From Marinobacter alexandrii (lineage in GTDB: Bacteria; Bacteroidota; Bacteroidia; Cytophagales; Cyclobacteriaceae): a stretch of DNA of 64,000 nucleotides. The stretch's first letter is position 1. Every line of letters begins with the position of its first letter. Shown here piece by piece: positions 1-10,720 of this stretch. The position numbers were made by a program, and so were the translations under genes. The stretch covers positions 23,506 to 87,505 of the forward strand of contig JBDWTN010000008.1 of assembly GCA_039984955.1 (NCBI GenBank). The letters are read 5' to 3'. Below the pieces are notes generated by a model, which was given only the letters and a program-made list of their open reading frames with translations, made no database searches and was not told the origin of the DNA.

Positions 1-1
1 A

Positions 2-265
2 GGTGACCAGTATGTTGATATCCCAATTTGGGCCTTTCATGGGGATAATGATAATACCGTTCGTACTGCAGGTTCTATCAATATGGTAGAAGCTATCAAT
101 GAGGCAAATCCTACGACACGTGCAAAATTGACAATCTATCCTGGTGTAGGTCACAATTCATGGACGAGGACGTATGACGGTAGCGGAATGGGAGATGAAA
201 GTACAGATTATGATGCTTTCAATATGAGTATATACGATTGGATGTTTACGTTCCAGAAGGAATGA
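2..265 (+). CDS. alpha/beta-hydrolase family esterase, C-terminal fragment (5' end outside window)
   Basis: The frame is open from the window edge. The translation GDQYVDIPIWAFHGDNDNTV...KLTIYPGVGHNSW carries the acid (HGxxD) and His (GxGH) loops that close the catalytic triad of carboxylesterase/dienelactone-hydrolase-type folds. Confidence 0.55.
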   Translation, partial: GDQYVDIPIWAFHGDNDNTVRTAGSINMVEAINEANPTTRAKLTIYPGVGHNSWTRTYDGSGMGDESTDYDAFNMSIYDWMFTFQKE

Positions 266-398
266 GTAGATCAATCATTTACAAAAATGAGCTAGAGAAG
301 TATTAAAATTGGTGAAGTATTAATAAATAGGGCTTATTCTCATCTTTAGCTACTAAGTCTTAGCGAATCTTTAAGTCTTTGGATACTTTTAAAGTATA

Positions 399-2783
399 AT
401 GAACGAATTAGGTTCTTTTCGTTATGCTTCACTTACATGGATAGTTGTTTTTCTGATCTCCTATCCAAATTATTCTTATGCTCAACAAGGAGATAGTATT
501 CTTGCGGCTTTACCTAATGAACTAGGTGTTACTGGCAGGGTTGATACATTGAATACATTAGGTTTTGATCTATTATTTACCGACCCAACAGAGTCTAGAG
601 TTATCTTTGATGAAGTGATTAAATTATCGACTTCTATCGATTATTTGAAAGGAAAAGCTCAAGCACTCAAGAATAAGGCCATTTCTTATGACATTCAGGG
701 CAACTCCAATCAAGCGATTGTCTATTATCAGGAATCGCTCGCTTTGCTGGAAGAACTACAAGACACATTGGGCATTTCAAGAGTCAAAAACAATCTGGGA
801 ATTGCGTATAAAAACTTAGAAGATCTGGAAACGTCCCGAAAATTTTATAATGAGTCAATTGAGTTAAAAAAGATTTTAGGTGACGTCAGAGGCGTAGCAT
901 ATGGATTGAATAATATTGGAGAGTTGTTCCAAAAAGAAAGGAATTATAAAGAAGCATTGGAATACTTCGAAAGAGCTTATACCATCGTTGATTCTTTAGG
1001 AGATGATCGTGGACGTTCGGTAACGCTCTCAAATCTGGCTATTTCATACCTTGAATTGCCTGACTACTCACGTGCAATAGCCAACCTTGAACAATCAATG
1101 AAATTGGATGAGATCTCCCAAGATCTTTATAGCCTATCCTACTCTTATATTCTATTGGCAAAAGCATACCTCAATACCGATCGTATTTCGGAGGGGATGC
1201 AATCCATTGAAAAAGCAGAAAAAATAGCTAAAAGCATAGCTGCACTGAAAGTTTACTATGACAGCCAGGTTTTGAAGGCCCAACTAATGAGGCGAGCAAA
1301 TCAAATTGAATTATTACCGGATCTCTACGAAGAAATATTAGTGTTGAATGACAGTTTAGCTCGTGTTAATCTGACGGAAGAGACAGCAAGATTGAAGACG
1401 GTGTATGAAAGCCGTGAGAAAGAATTGATTATTGAAGACTTGAAAAAAGAGTCTACCTTAAATCAAGAGCTTTTTGAAGTGCAAGAAAGGCTTTTTAGAT
1501 TGACCTTATTAATAGCAATTCTATTAGTGGCTTTACTTATTGTGGTGTATGGCTTTTACCAAAATGTAAGGAGTAAGAAAAAAGAACTTGAAATTAGAAT
1601 CATGGAACGTGATAGAGCAAAAGAGGAGACTGAGTACGCAAGTCAAGCGAAATCTCAGTTTTTAGCTCAGATGAGTCATGAAATAAGAACACCTTTAAAT
1701 GCAATCATAGGCTATATCGATCAGGTCTTGGAAACGGATCTGGACGATACACAGAGAAAACATCTTGGAATAGTAAATCAATCATCACTAGGATTACTTG
1801 GAATCATTAACGGAATCCTGGATCTATCTAAGTTGGAGGCTGGAAAATTGGAGTTGGTTGTGGAGCATACTGACCTGTTTGAGCTTTGTAATCATGTGGT
1901 GCAAATGACTAGTTATAAGGCAAGTCGAAAAAATATCGAATTGAAACTGTCACTTGTTGACCGCAAATATCAATATGTCTTAGCCGATGATATCCGCCTA
2001 AGACAGGTATTGGTAAATCTCTTGGCGAATGCTACGAAGTTTACCAAGAAAGGCGAAATTGAATTGAAAGTTGAGGCCTTGGATGAAGACAAAGACCAAG
2101 GGGTTCGCCTAAGATTTTCAGTAAGAGATACGGGAATTGGTATTAAGCCTGAAAATGTTGAAAAAATATTTGAAGCATTTTCACAAGAAGATTCGTCCAC
2201 AACCAGAAAGTACGGAGGGACTGGGTTGGGATTATCCATATCCAATACCCTGCTATCATTAATGGATAGTAAGCTGGAAGTCAGAAGTGCTCATGGAGAA
2301 GGCAGTACTTTTTTCTTTGAAGTATCCTTCAGACTTTCTAGTGATCATACAAAAGTTGGATCGGGGAACTCTAAAGTCAATACAGTTAAGAAAGTAGTTT
2401 CGACAAGTGATAAACTGAAAGTTTTGATTGCAGAGGATAACGCTAACAACATGGTTATTGCTAAAGCGATGTTAAAAAAAGCACTCCCGAATGCTAAGGT
2501 AATTGAAGCAGAGAATGGCATAGATGCGGTGGATCTATATGAAAGTGAAAAGCCAGATGTTATTCTGATGGACGTGCAGATGCCTGAAATGGATGGCTAT
2601 GATGCGACAAGAAAGATTAGGGAAATAGAAATTGATGTTCGAACTCCAATCATCGCTTTAACTGCTGGATCTATGAGAGCTGATAAAGAGAAATGTTACG
2701 AGGCAGGGATGGATGATTTTGTCAGCAAACCCATCATCAATAATGCTCTCGCAAATGTGCTGGAAAAGTGGATTAAGGATTAA
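399..2783 (+). CDS. hybrid sensor histidine kinase/response regulator with N-terminal TPR-like repeats
   Basis: 794 aa. The N-terminal half is TPR-like repeats (LNNIGELF..., ALEYFERAY). There is one TM helix ([20 protein letters not shown]) and an H-box [11 protein letters not shown]. HATPase boxes are present ([28 protein letters not shown]). The C-terminal receiver shows LIAEDNANN...[12 protein letters not shown]...SKP. Confidence 0.9.
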   Translation: MNELGSFRYASLTWIVVFLISYPNYSYAQQGDSILAALPNELGVTGRVDTLNTLGFDLLFTDPTESRVIFDEVIKLSTSIDYLKGKAQALKNKAISYDIQGNSNQAIVYYQESLALLEELQDTLGISRVKNNLGIAYKNLEDLETSRKFYNESIELKKILGDVRGVAYGLNNIGELFQKERNYKEALEYFERAYTIVDSLGDDRGRSVTLSNLAISYLELPDYSRAIANLEQSMKLDEISQDLYSLSYSYILLAKAYLNTDRISEGMQSIEKAEKIAKSIAALKVYYDSQVLKAQLMRRANQIELLPDLYEEILVLNDSLARVNLTEETARLKTVYESREKELIIEDLKKESTLNQELFEVQERLFRLTLLIAILLVALLIVVYGFYQNVRSKKKELEIRIMERDRAKEETEYASQAKSQFLAQMSHEIRTPLNAIIGYIDQVLETDLDDTQRKHLGIVNQSSLGLLGIINGILDLSKLEAGKLELVVEHTDLFELCNHVVQMTSYKASRKNIELKLSLVDRKYQYVLADDIRLRQVLVNLLANATKFTKKGEIELKVEALDEDKDQGVRLRFSVRDTGIGIKPENVEKIFEAFSQEDSSTTRKYGGTGLGLSISNTLLSLMDSKLEVRSAHGEGSTFFFEVSFRLSSDHTKVGSGNSKVNTVKKVVSTSDKLKVLIAEDNANNMVIAKAMLKKALPNAKVIEAENGIDAVDLYESEKPDVILMDVQMPEMDGYDATRKIREIEIDVRTPIIALTAGSMRADKEKCYEAGMDDFVSKPIINNALANVLEKWIKD

Positions 2784-2813
2784 TTGGCTAATCTACTCTG
2801 TAAAATTCAAAAA

Positions 2814-3311
2814 TCATCCCACAGTTACGTGATCACCTGTTAGTTCCTCGTAGAGATGATGAATGTCAAACAACTGCTGTGCTGCGAGTTTTTGACCAGC
2901 TTGTGCTGATATGTAAAGGATAACAGCTATCAATGCAAAAGCAGGGATAAACCAAAGAATAGAAGAATCCAGGTCTAGACTCCATCTGGTTAGTCCCCAC
3001 ATCCCAATAAACAAAGTCAGAATACCCAGAGCCACATATCCGAAAAAGAAAATCGCCCAAACAGTAGGATTAGGACCATAAAGTCCTCTTACAATCACGT
3101 TATCTTCATCTTGCTCAAAAGAAAGATGAAGTTGGGGAGACCAAAAATGTTGTTGGCTCGGATGTATTCGGATGTAGATATGTCCAGGTAAATGACTTGT
3201 GATGAATTGGCTTTCCTTCTGCTTAATTCCGGTCAGAAGCATTTGTTCAAGGTCTTCTTTCGTGCCAGAGATTCTCTGTTTAAAGCGCGGACGTATCTTA
3301 AAACTAGACAT
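2814..3311 (-). CDS. hypothetical membrane protein
   Basis: 165-aa ORF. A soluble N-terminal ~80 aa is followed by hydrophobic helices (VWAIFFFGYVALGILTLFIGMWGL, ILWFIPAFALIAVILYISA). No family recognised. Confidence 0.55.
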   Translation of the reverse strand: MSSFKIRPRFKQRISGTKEDLEQMLLTGIKQKESQFITSHLPGHIYIRIHPSQQHFWSPQLHLSFEQDEDNVIVRGLYGPNPTVWAIFFFGYVALGILTLFIGMWGLTRWSLDLDSSILWFIPAFALIAVILYISAQAGQKLAAQQLFDIHHLYEELTGDHVTVG

Positions 3312-3801
3312 GGCATTAAGCTAGCTTAATGCCAATTAAATTCAAATGAACATGATTTCTATCATATATTATTCTGCTCTCTTGGGTGTGAAAGTAATTT
3401 ATTACAATGCAGATGAACACAATTCAGTCAGTCAAAGGCCTACTTAGAGTATCCTTGATAATTGTTTTGAAGAAAAAAGAGGATTGAGTAGCTCTATGCA
3501 CCCTTTAAACATTTATTTCACAGATAACTAAACTACAATTTCAGCTAAAAAGTGCTTATTTTGGGGTTTTTGTATGGCATTTGAATCAATTCTTTTAAAA
3601 ATTCAGTCTGCTGAATATCGAAAAATAAATCCACTGTTTGACCCGCTGACTAGCGGGAAGTTTGGATTTATTACCCTTAACAGGCTGAATTTTAAGAATT
3701 TATTCATAGCCTTGGGGTTTTTGCTTCGTTTTTGGGCTAAGCCAAAAATGAAGAACCCGTCCGGTTCGAGGACATTGAATAAATAAACAAGGACGGCCTA
3801 C

Positions 3802-4578
3802 CTACTTCAGATACAATTGATCGCTACCTTTTAAAAGCTTCATCTCCTTAAACCTTTTTTCTCGCATCCGATAAGCATTCATGGCAGTCTTGCCCAGCTT
3901 ATTCGTGAGCTTGTGATTCACCATTGCACCTGCAAGAGCACCAACGACTGGGATAAGCTGCAATAATTTAGCTAAATCAATGTAATCTCGATATTCTAGC
4001 TGAAAGGTTCGCCAGTCAAAAGTGTTTAGGTCATCAGGTAATTGATCCTTGATTAGTTCCCAGTTCTCCAAAGTCTCAAATACCTCATTGCGACGCTCCT
4101 GACTAGAAAAAGTAAGCTGAAAGATGTGCAGAATATAGACTCGTTCTTTATAGTCTTTAGTATCATAACCATATCTGGAAGCTATCTCGAATAGCATCTT
4201 CATCTTAAGTGTAAGCCAAAGTGGAAAATCTGCCAGGCTAAGTAAGAATCCTCCAAAACCTGTAGCAGCTCCTTCCACGGCTGCAGAAGAAGAATAGAAG
4301 TTTATACGTTCCTTCACCTTGATTTCTATCTCTTCTAAAGTTTTTACTTCTTTTCGCGTACGAGTGGTAAATCCAGAACCGAAGATCACTGCTCGAGTAA
4401 TCTCTTTGATTGCCTTAGTGATCGCTTTATGAACCTTCTCAGGAATAATTCTATTGATTTTTTTTTGCACCTTCTTGGTCGTACGATTCCAGAATGAAGG
4501 CTTTCGTTTCATGGCTGATTGCCATTGTTGCAACTCTTGAGAAATGAGTTGATGATAGATGGAGTTGGAGTCAGTCAT
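3802..4578 (-). CDS. EcsC-family-like protein
   Basis: 258 aa with a basic N-terminus, central helices and a C-terminal glycine-rich hydrophobic segment (LIPVVGALAGAMVNHKL). This pattern resembles EcsC-family proteins. The assignment is from recall, not a search. Confidence 0.5.
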   Translation of the reverse strand: MTDSNSIYHQLISQELQQWQSAMKRKPSFWNRTTKKVQKKINRIIPEKVHKAITKAIKEITRAVIFGSGFTTRTRKEVKTLEEIEIKVKERINFYSSSAAVEGAATGFGGFLLSLADFPLWLTLKMKMLFEIASRYGYDTKDYKERVYILHIFQLTFSSQERRNEVFETLENWELIKDQLPDDLNTFDWRTFQLEYRDYIDLAKLLQLIPVVGALAGAMVNHKLTNKLGKTAMNAYRMREKRFKEMKLLKGSDQLYLK

Positions 4579-4722
4579 TCTTTATGTAGAGGAATCATTT
4601 TATGGTTGCAGGTTTAGGTTGGCAAATAAGTGAATCACTCATTTTTTCCAAATACTTAAAACACGCTAACTAAGCTAAAGGGTCCCTCAGATATTTGCTA
4701 TGTAAACCAAAAAAACATTGTC

Positions 4723-4914
4723 ATGGAAAATATAGAACGATTAAGTGTATCCTTTGAGGACTTTACTATTATCAATAGAAATTTTGAAATGAATAATCAA
4801 AATGCAGAAGCCTATCAATCTTACAAAAATCAAATTGAAGCAGAATACGGAATGGAGCTGGAAGATACATTATTTGATGTATATGACGAATACTTTGAAA
4901 ACGATGAGGTGTAA
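4723..4914 (+). CDS. small acidic hypothetical protein
   Basis: 63-aa ORF with an ATG start in an otherwise empty gap. It is very acidic (EDTLFDVYDEYFENDEV). No family recognised. Confidence 0.3.
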   Translation: MENIERLSVSFEDFTIINRNFEMNNQNAEAYQSYKNQIEAEYGMELEDTLFDVYDEYFENDEV

Positions 4915-4948
4915 GACTTAGAGTCTTACTTTTTCTGCTAAGTCTATA

Positions 4949-5971
4949 CTACTCATGTTTAGCTTGAACATACTTGCTTAAGAATTCTCTTTTGTCATCC
5001 TTGAAAGTGGATATAGCTCCGACTTTGTTCAAGCAGTAAATGTATACCCAAGCCAAATCCAATTGATACGGAAGAAAACCTGCACGTGCGCTGTTTGGAT
5101 ATAGGTGATGATTATTGTGCCACTCTCCAGAAAACCATCCAGGTCTGGATTGATTGATAGAGAGGTTGGTTCTATCAAAATCAATACCCTCTTTGTGACT
5201 CACTTTTCCTTTTCCATGACCTGTGTAATTGAAAGCTCTTACAAGCACAAACCAAAACATAGCGGCACTAAAAGCAGCACATGCCAATCCATGACCACCC
5301 AATAAATAAAATGAGGCATACCAAAAAGACCAATTGAGCAACCATAATGATACCGTGTATAACGGGCTAGCTACTGATCCCCATTTTTGATACTTCGCAT
5401 AAGAATTCATTGATACTCCAGAATGACTCATGAAATTAGATGCTTTTCTATATTCAGACTCACTTAGATCTTCTGCGATACTTTGATGGTTGACATCTGA
5501 CATCATGCAATACAGAAATCCCCCTTGAGCGTTGTATGGATCTCCTGGTAGATCTGATTTGGCGTGATGAACATGATGAGATATCACATAGATTTCTTCA
5601 GGAAAGGTTTTAATGACAAGATTTTGAGTAATAAAACGCCAGAAAGGATGGGAGAAAGTATATGCTTTGTGAGTGCAGTACCTATGAAACCAAATAGTTC
5701 CATGTGTACTCATGATGATCATTGCGTAAAGCATAAAAAAAGCGAATGTACCTAAGCTAAAATGGAAAACGATAAAGAAAAAGAAAAATGGAAGCATGGA
5801 TAATACCATCATCCAACTTATGGAAGAGATCCAATTTTTCTTATTTGCGAAAACATTTATCCGAGCAAAAAACTCATTAAAAAGTTGTTTTTTGCTAGGT
5901 ACAATGAGCTGATTTTTTTCATCTGCCCAACCGTAAGAAGGTACCTTTAATACTTTATCGATAAATGTCAT
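4949..5971 (-). CDS. membrane fatty-acid (acyl-CoA/acyl-lipid, delta-9-type) desaturase
   Basis: Three histidine boxes (HRYCTH, HHVHH, HNNHH) with N-terminal TM helices. This is the classic di-iron membrane desaturase signature. Confidence 0.85.
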   Translation of the reverse strand: MTFIDKVLKVPSYGWADEKNQLIVPSKKQLFNEFFARINVFANKKNWISSISWMMVLSMLPFFFFFIVFHFSLGTFAFFMLYAMIIMSTHGTIWFHRYCTHKAYTFSHPFWRFITQNLVIKTFPEEIYVISHHVHHAKSDLPGDPYNAQGGFLYCMMSDVNHQSIAEDLSESEYRKASNFMSHSGVSMNSYAKYQKWGSVASPLYTVSLWLLNWSFWYASFYLLGGHGLACAAFSAAMFWFVLVRAFNYTGHGKGKVSHKEGIDFDRTNLSINQSRPGWFSGEWHNNHHLYPNSARAGFLPYQLDLAWVYIYCLNKVGAISTFKDDKREFLSKYVQAKHE

Positions 5972-6329
5972 TAATCAAAGCTAGTCATTTAAACGCCCTT
6001 AGGTTATTCAAACTTAATTTTCCTTACAAACTCCCGCCAAGTCCTATCTTAAATAATTCCATCTTCACTTGTGTATTCGAACAATTCTTGAACTTCTGCT
6101 TGTTATATCCAATAGGAGTATTGAAGATCACTGATGCAGTAATTCGCTATTTGGATAAATTCATTGATGAGTTAACAAGTAGTGAAAGAAGCGGAATAGT
6201 GGAACAAGCATATTGATATGAATAATATTAGAGGCATAATAGTTGTGTTAAACAGTAGAAAAAAAAGACGCTTTTATGGAATTTCCCCCTAGCGCGCATC
6301 TCTATATGTAACATCAAAACACATACATA

Positions 6330-9191
6330 ATGAAAACGCTTTTCACATTTATTGCCATGTTTATTTTTTCGACCTGTTTCAGTCAAATCCCATCCTTGAC
6401 AATTGGAAATGATGATAAAAAACGGGAACTGGAGATATCAAGCCTGGATGTGAATGTTGAAATCATTGGAAATATTGCGACTACTACTTATGATATTATT
6501 TTTTTCAATCCCCAAAGCAGGGATTTGGAAGGTGAGTTATCTCTTCCTCTAGGTGAGGGGCAGGAGATATGTAGATATGCGTTGAGCGTTAATGGTAAGC
6601 TCAGAGAAGGGGTAGTCATTGAAAAAGTGAAGGCAAGACAAGCTTTTGAAGCAGTCACGAGGCAAAACATTGATCCGGGTATTATCAATATCACGAAAGG
6701 AAATTTCTTTAAGACCAGAATTTATCCGATCTCATCAAAAGGAAATAAACGGGTAGTATTGGCTATTTCGGAAACATTAAGCGGAGATAAGAACAACCTG
6801 TACTACTCATTACCAATAGAAACGTCTAAAAGCATTGGTGAATTTAACCTGAATGTAAAGGCTATTAAGAGTCGAAAAACTGATAAGGCCATTTTGAGTG
6901 AATTCGAAAACATTCAATTTGATGACGCAAATGATGCGTTTGTTTTATCTCTTTCTAGAAAGAATTTTTCTTCATCTAATCCAATCAAATTTACTTTACC
7001 AAGATTTGGTGGAAGCGATCATCAATTATTCACGCATGAGTTTGAAGGGGAGACCTACTTTTATTTAAATATTAAGCCACCTACTCTTTCAGCTACCAAT
7101 CAAAAAAAATCAGAGAAGGTCGGAATCTTTTGGGATAATTCATCTTCAGGAGCCAAGCGTGACATTGAAAAAGAGTTGAAGTTGCTCGAGAGTTACCTGA
7201 ACTCATTGACGGACGTAAAAGAGATATCGGTGACCTCCTTTAATGCGGTAATGAACGAAAGTGAAAACTTTGGAGGAAGCATTCCATCAGTCATTTCATG
7301 TATTCGTGAGCTTACGTATGATGGAGCTACCCGATTTGATCAAATCAATCTTCATGGAAAGTATGATGAGATACTTTTGTTTTCTGATGGTATCAATACA
7401 ATTGGAACTGAGGATATTAGGATGCCTAAAAATGTAGTTCATACAATTACTTCCAGCTCAGGGAGTAATTACAGTCTACTCAAAAAGTTGGCAAGAAAGA
7501 CCAATGGTGAGTTTATCAACCTCCATAAAACCTCTACCAAAGACGCACTTAACATATTGCAAAAGGATGAAGAAAAATTCTTATCAAGTAGTTACTCAAA
7601 TGCGGATTTCAAAGAAGTATATCCTAATCTTCCCCAAAGAGTTGGTGAGTATTTTGAAATTGCTGGCATTCTAAAGACTGAAAAAGCAAGGATAAAAATT
7701 AACTATGGAGATAGGAATAATGTAACTAAAAGTCAAAGCTTCGAAATAGAAAAAAAATCAACAGCCCCAATTTCCCGATTATGGGCAAGTAAAAAAATAG
7801 AGACTTTAAATATTGACTACCAAAGGAATAAAGAAGCAATATTCACACTAGCCCAAAAACACAACATCGTCACAAAGAATAGCTCCTTTATTGTTTTGGA
7901 CAGAGTCGAGGATTATGCGGAGTACGAAATAGAACCACCGATTGAATTAAAGAAAGAATATGATCGATTAATTGCCCAGAAAGAAATATCCAAACCCGAT
8001 CCCAAAGCGATTTTTCAGAGAAATTTTGAAAGATTTAGTTCATTAAAAAATTGGTATGCTTCACCTCCTATTATATCACAGGAAGACAAGGATCAAGTAG
8101 ATGATTCTAGTGCTGTCTCAAGATCCCTCCAAGGAACTGTAGCAGGCGTTGAAGTCGAGTCAGCTGATGAGGAAGCATACATTATATTAGAAGAGGCTCC
8201 CGAAGAAGAGGCTTTACAGGAAGTGGTTGTCACCGGTTATAGCGCAACAAGTCGAGCGAAATCTTCTGTTGAATCTACATCTGGCGGCTCTTCTATTAAG
8301 GTGCTGGCTTGGCTTCCAGATGCACCCTATATGGAAGAGTTAAGAGGTGCTGCAGAAAACCATGAGAAACTTTATTTTAAACTGAAAGAGGAAAACAGCA
8401 CACGACCAGCATTTTTTATTCAGGTTTCAGATTTCTTTTTTGACAAAGGCATGAATAAGATAGCCGTTCGAATTCTTTCTAATGCGATAGAATTGGATCT
8501 GGAAAATCCAGAACTTATAAGGGCGGTAGCTAAGCGCCTCCTAGATGAGGATGAAATTGAAATGAGTGTTTCACTATTTCTGGAAATAAAGGAACTACGA
8601 CCAGAAGAACCTCAATCGTATCGAGATCTTGCTTTGGCATACATTGAGAACAAACAATATCAACAAGCGCTTGAGCTTTTTAACTATGTGCTGAATAAAG
8701 ATTGGGCTCGATTCGCAGATATTAAGGATGTTGTCCTTAATGAATTGAATAATTTGATTTCCTTGTACAAAGATGAACTCGATCTTTCTTCTGTAAGCAA
8801 GGAACTAATCGAGCCAATGCCATTGGATGTTCGAATAGTAATCGACTGGAGTAGTAATGATAGTGACATTGATTTGTGGGTCATCGATCCCAATGGAGAA
8901 AAGTGCTTCTATAGCCATCCAAACACAAAAATAGGAGGTAAAATAAGCAGGGACTTTACTGAGGGCTATGGTCCTGAGGAATACTCACTAAAAGAAGCTA
9001 AGAGAGGTTTCTATACTGTTTATGTCAATTATTATAGCGAGTCTCGACAAACCATTACAGGCCCTGTTACGATATACGGGACGCTCACAACGAATTATGG
9101 TACATCAAAACAAGAGACTAAACGAATTGCGGTCCAACTGACAGACAATAAGGAGTCAAGGCAAATCGCCCAACTGGAGTTTAGGGAGTAA
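6330..9191 (+). CDS. secreted VIT + vWA domain protein with TPR-like region and DUF2135-like C-terminal domain
   Basis: Signal peptide MKTLFTFIAMFIFSTCFSQ, then an N-terminal VIT-like region. A central vWA-like block follows (VGIFWDNSSSG ... LLFSDGINT). Helical TPR-like repeats occur at YRDLALAYIENKQYQQALELF. The C-terminal block IVIDWSSNDSDIDLWVIDPNGEKCFYSH...GYGPEEY is typical of DUF2135. Confidence 0.75.
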   Translation: MKTLFTFIAMFIFSTCFSQIPSLTIGNDDKKRELEISSLDVNVEIIGNIATTTYDIIFFNPQSRDLEGELSLPLGEGQEICRYALSVNGKLREGVVIEKVKARQAFEAVTRQNIDPGIINITKGNFFKTRIYPISSKGNKRVVLAISETLSGDKNNLYYSLPIETSKSIGEFNLNVKAIKSRKTDKAILSEFENIQFDDANDAFVLSLSRKNFSSSNPIKFTLPRFGGSDHQLFTHEFEGETYFYLNIKPPTLSATNQKKSEKVGIFWDNSSSGAKRDIEKELKLLESYLNSLTDVKEISVTSFNAVMNESENFGGSIPSVISCIRELTYDGATRFDQINLHGKYDEILLFSDGINTIGTEDIRMPKNVVHTITSSSGSNYSLLKKLARKTNGEFINLHKTSTKDALNILQKDEEKFLSSSYSNADFKEVYPNLPQRVGEYFEIAGILKTEKARIKINYGDRNNVTKSQSFEIEKKSTAPISRLWASKKIETLNIDYQRNKEAIFTLAQKHNIVTKNSSFIVLDRVEDYAEYEIEPPIELKKEYDRLIAQKEISKPDPKAIFQRNFERFSSLKNWYASPPIISQEDKDQVDDSSAVSRSLQGTVAGVEVESADEEAYIILEEAPEEEALQEVVVTGYSATSRAKSSVESTSGGSSIKVLAWLPDAPYMEELRGAAENHEKLYFKLKEENSTRPAFFIQVSDFFFDKGMNKIAVRILSNAIELDLENPELIRAVAKRLLDEDEIEMSVSLFLEIKELRPEEPQSYRDLALAYIENKQYQQALELFNYVLNKDWARFADIKDVVLNELNNLISLYKDELDLSSVSKELIEPMPLDVRIVIDWSSNDSDIDLWVIDPNGEKCFYSHPNTKIGGKISRDFTEGYGPEEYSLKEAKRGFYTVYVNYYSESRQTITGPVTIYGTLTTNYGTSKQETKRIAVQLTDNKESRQIAQLEFRE

Positions 9192-9324
9192 AAACTGAAT
9201 TGCTACTGTCCGAATAGATTGAGTCTTCAGCATCACTTTATGTTGGAATTTGTGGAGGTAAGGACTCTGATTCAGAGCTATTTTTCCCGCTTTGTCATAG
9301 TTTTTCTATTTTTCTTTCAGGGGT

Positions 9325-10596
9325 TTAGATAGTTTCTTTTTCCTTCATTTCCTCAACCTCCTTATCTAACTCTTCCCAATCAGTAAATGAAAGTTCGTTC
9401 ACTTCCTCAATATCTTCTTTCTTAGAAATCAGTCCAGTTGTCATGATGATGCTAGTTGCCAGTATCACAATGAGTAAAATAGATGGATTGAAACGCTCAT
9501 CAATAAATTGAGCCGGAATAGAAAAGAAAAGCAATACTGTAATCAAACCTCTTGGAGCGATCCAAAGTTGTGGTGTGATACTATTCTTAACGATGACTTT
9601 TAGCAGAATAAAACGAAGTACGTAAGTAATCCCAAGAACAGCCATGGCAATATACAATGAGGGTAAATCGGAGAGTCCTGAAAAGTCCAGAGTCATGCCA
9701 AAGATGACGAAGAAGAATGTGCGAACTACGAAAGCGGTTTCCATAGTTACCACATGAAAGTCTTCAGTGATATGGTCTAATGCATCTGGTTTTATCCATT
9801 TTTTCAATCTGCCTCGGAAGAATAGCCTATAGTTATTCAGCACCAACCCAAACACCATGATGATCAGTAGAGACGATAAGTGGAACATCTTACCAGTAGA
9901 GTAGAGCAGTACCAGAATAGCAATAAGAAAAAAGAGCTTCACTTTAGATTCTAGCTTTTGAAGCAAAATCACCATTAAGTAGCTGATAAGTATTGAAAGT
10001 ACGATAGTGATCACTATGCTACCTGATACTTCCATCACTATCTCGCTGGTTTGACTGGCTTCAGAGCCACTTAGCACAAAATAGAAAAACATGATTCCGA
10101 GAATATCAGAGAAAGTACTTTCGTAGATCATAAATTCTCGTTTTTTATCCAAAAGTGAACTAACACTTGGAATAATTATCGCACTGCTTAGAATAGAAAG
10201 TGGTATTGCATAAACCAATGAGGTCAGGAAGTCATCAAAAAGCACAAGGTTAAAAATATAGGCTACTAATAGTGCTGTACCAACCAATGCTATCAATGCA
10301 ATAATGAAGGATTTGACAAGCAAAGGTTTTTTATCCTTTTCCAGCTTTAAATCAAGAGCTGCCTCCAAAACAATCATGATCAATCCTACCACACCCAACA
10401 ACTCGAGTGCGGACATAATATGGTTATCTAAATTAATCTCAACCAATTTTAGTAGATATTGGATACCAACACCTAATCCTATCAACAACAACACACTGGG
10501 AACCTTGGATTTTTTTGAAATGAAATTGAATAAGTAAGAAATGATGATGATCAATGAGATGGCAATTGTCTGGGTATAGGCATTTAGGTATTCCAT
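9325..10596 (-). CDS. cation:proton antiporter (Na+/H+ exchanger family)
   Basis: 423 aa with about 11-12 hydrophobic helices throughout and an acidic C-terminal tail. The architecture matches CPA1/CPA2-type exchangers. Confidence 0.75.
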   Translation of the reverse strand: MEYLNAYTQTIAISLIIIISYLFNFISKKSKVPSVLLLIGLGVGIQYLLKLVEINLDNHIMSALELLGVVGLIMIVLEAALDLKLEKDKKPLLVKSFIIALIALVGTALLVAYIFNLVLFDDFLTSLVYAIPLSILSSAIIIPSVSSLLDKKREFMIYESTFSDILGIMFFYFVLSGSEASQTSEIVMEVSGSIVITIVLSILISYLMVILLQKLESKVKLFFLIAILVLLYSTGKMFHLSSLLIIMVFGLVLNNYRLFFRGRLKKWIKPDALDHITEDFHVVTMETAFVVRTFFFVIFGMTLDFSGLSDLPSLYIAMAVLGITYVLRFILLKVIVKNSITPQLWIAPRGLITVLLFFSIPAQFIDERFNPSILLIVILATSIIMTTGLISKKEDIEEVNELSFTDWEELDKEVEEMKEKETI

Positions 10597-10720
10597 TGAT
10601 TTTCTTTATTCTTGGGACTTATTTCTTAAAACTAGTCACAGTTTATGAGTAAATTTTGTGACTTAATTTAAAAAATAAGGTCTTGAAGGTCGAAAAAACC
10701 TAAGTAATCCCGATCACTAT

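Noticed and set aside
3574-3786. 70-aa plus-strand ORF in the long spacer.
   Set aside because: It has low-complexity, hairpin-derived sequence and no recognisable motif. It lies opposite to the flanking gene orientation and is likely non-coding.
3750-3800. GGTTCGAGG segment resembling a tRNA T-loop.
   Set aside because: No acceptor, D or anticodon arms can be drawn, and the stem flanking the loop does not fit G53-C61 geometry. It is not a tRNA.
5965-6216. 83-aa ORF overlapping the desaturase start and running into the VIT-gene upstream region.
   Set aside because: It has no motif, overlaps a well-supported gene start on the other strand and has an unusual composition. It is treated as spurious, though a decayed gene remnant cannot be excluded.
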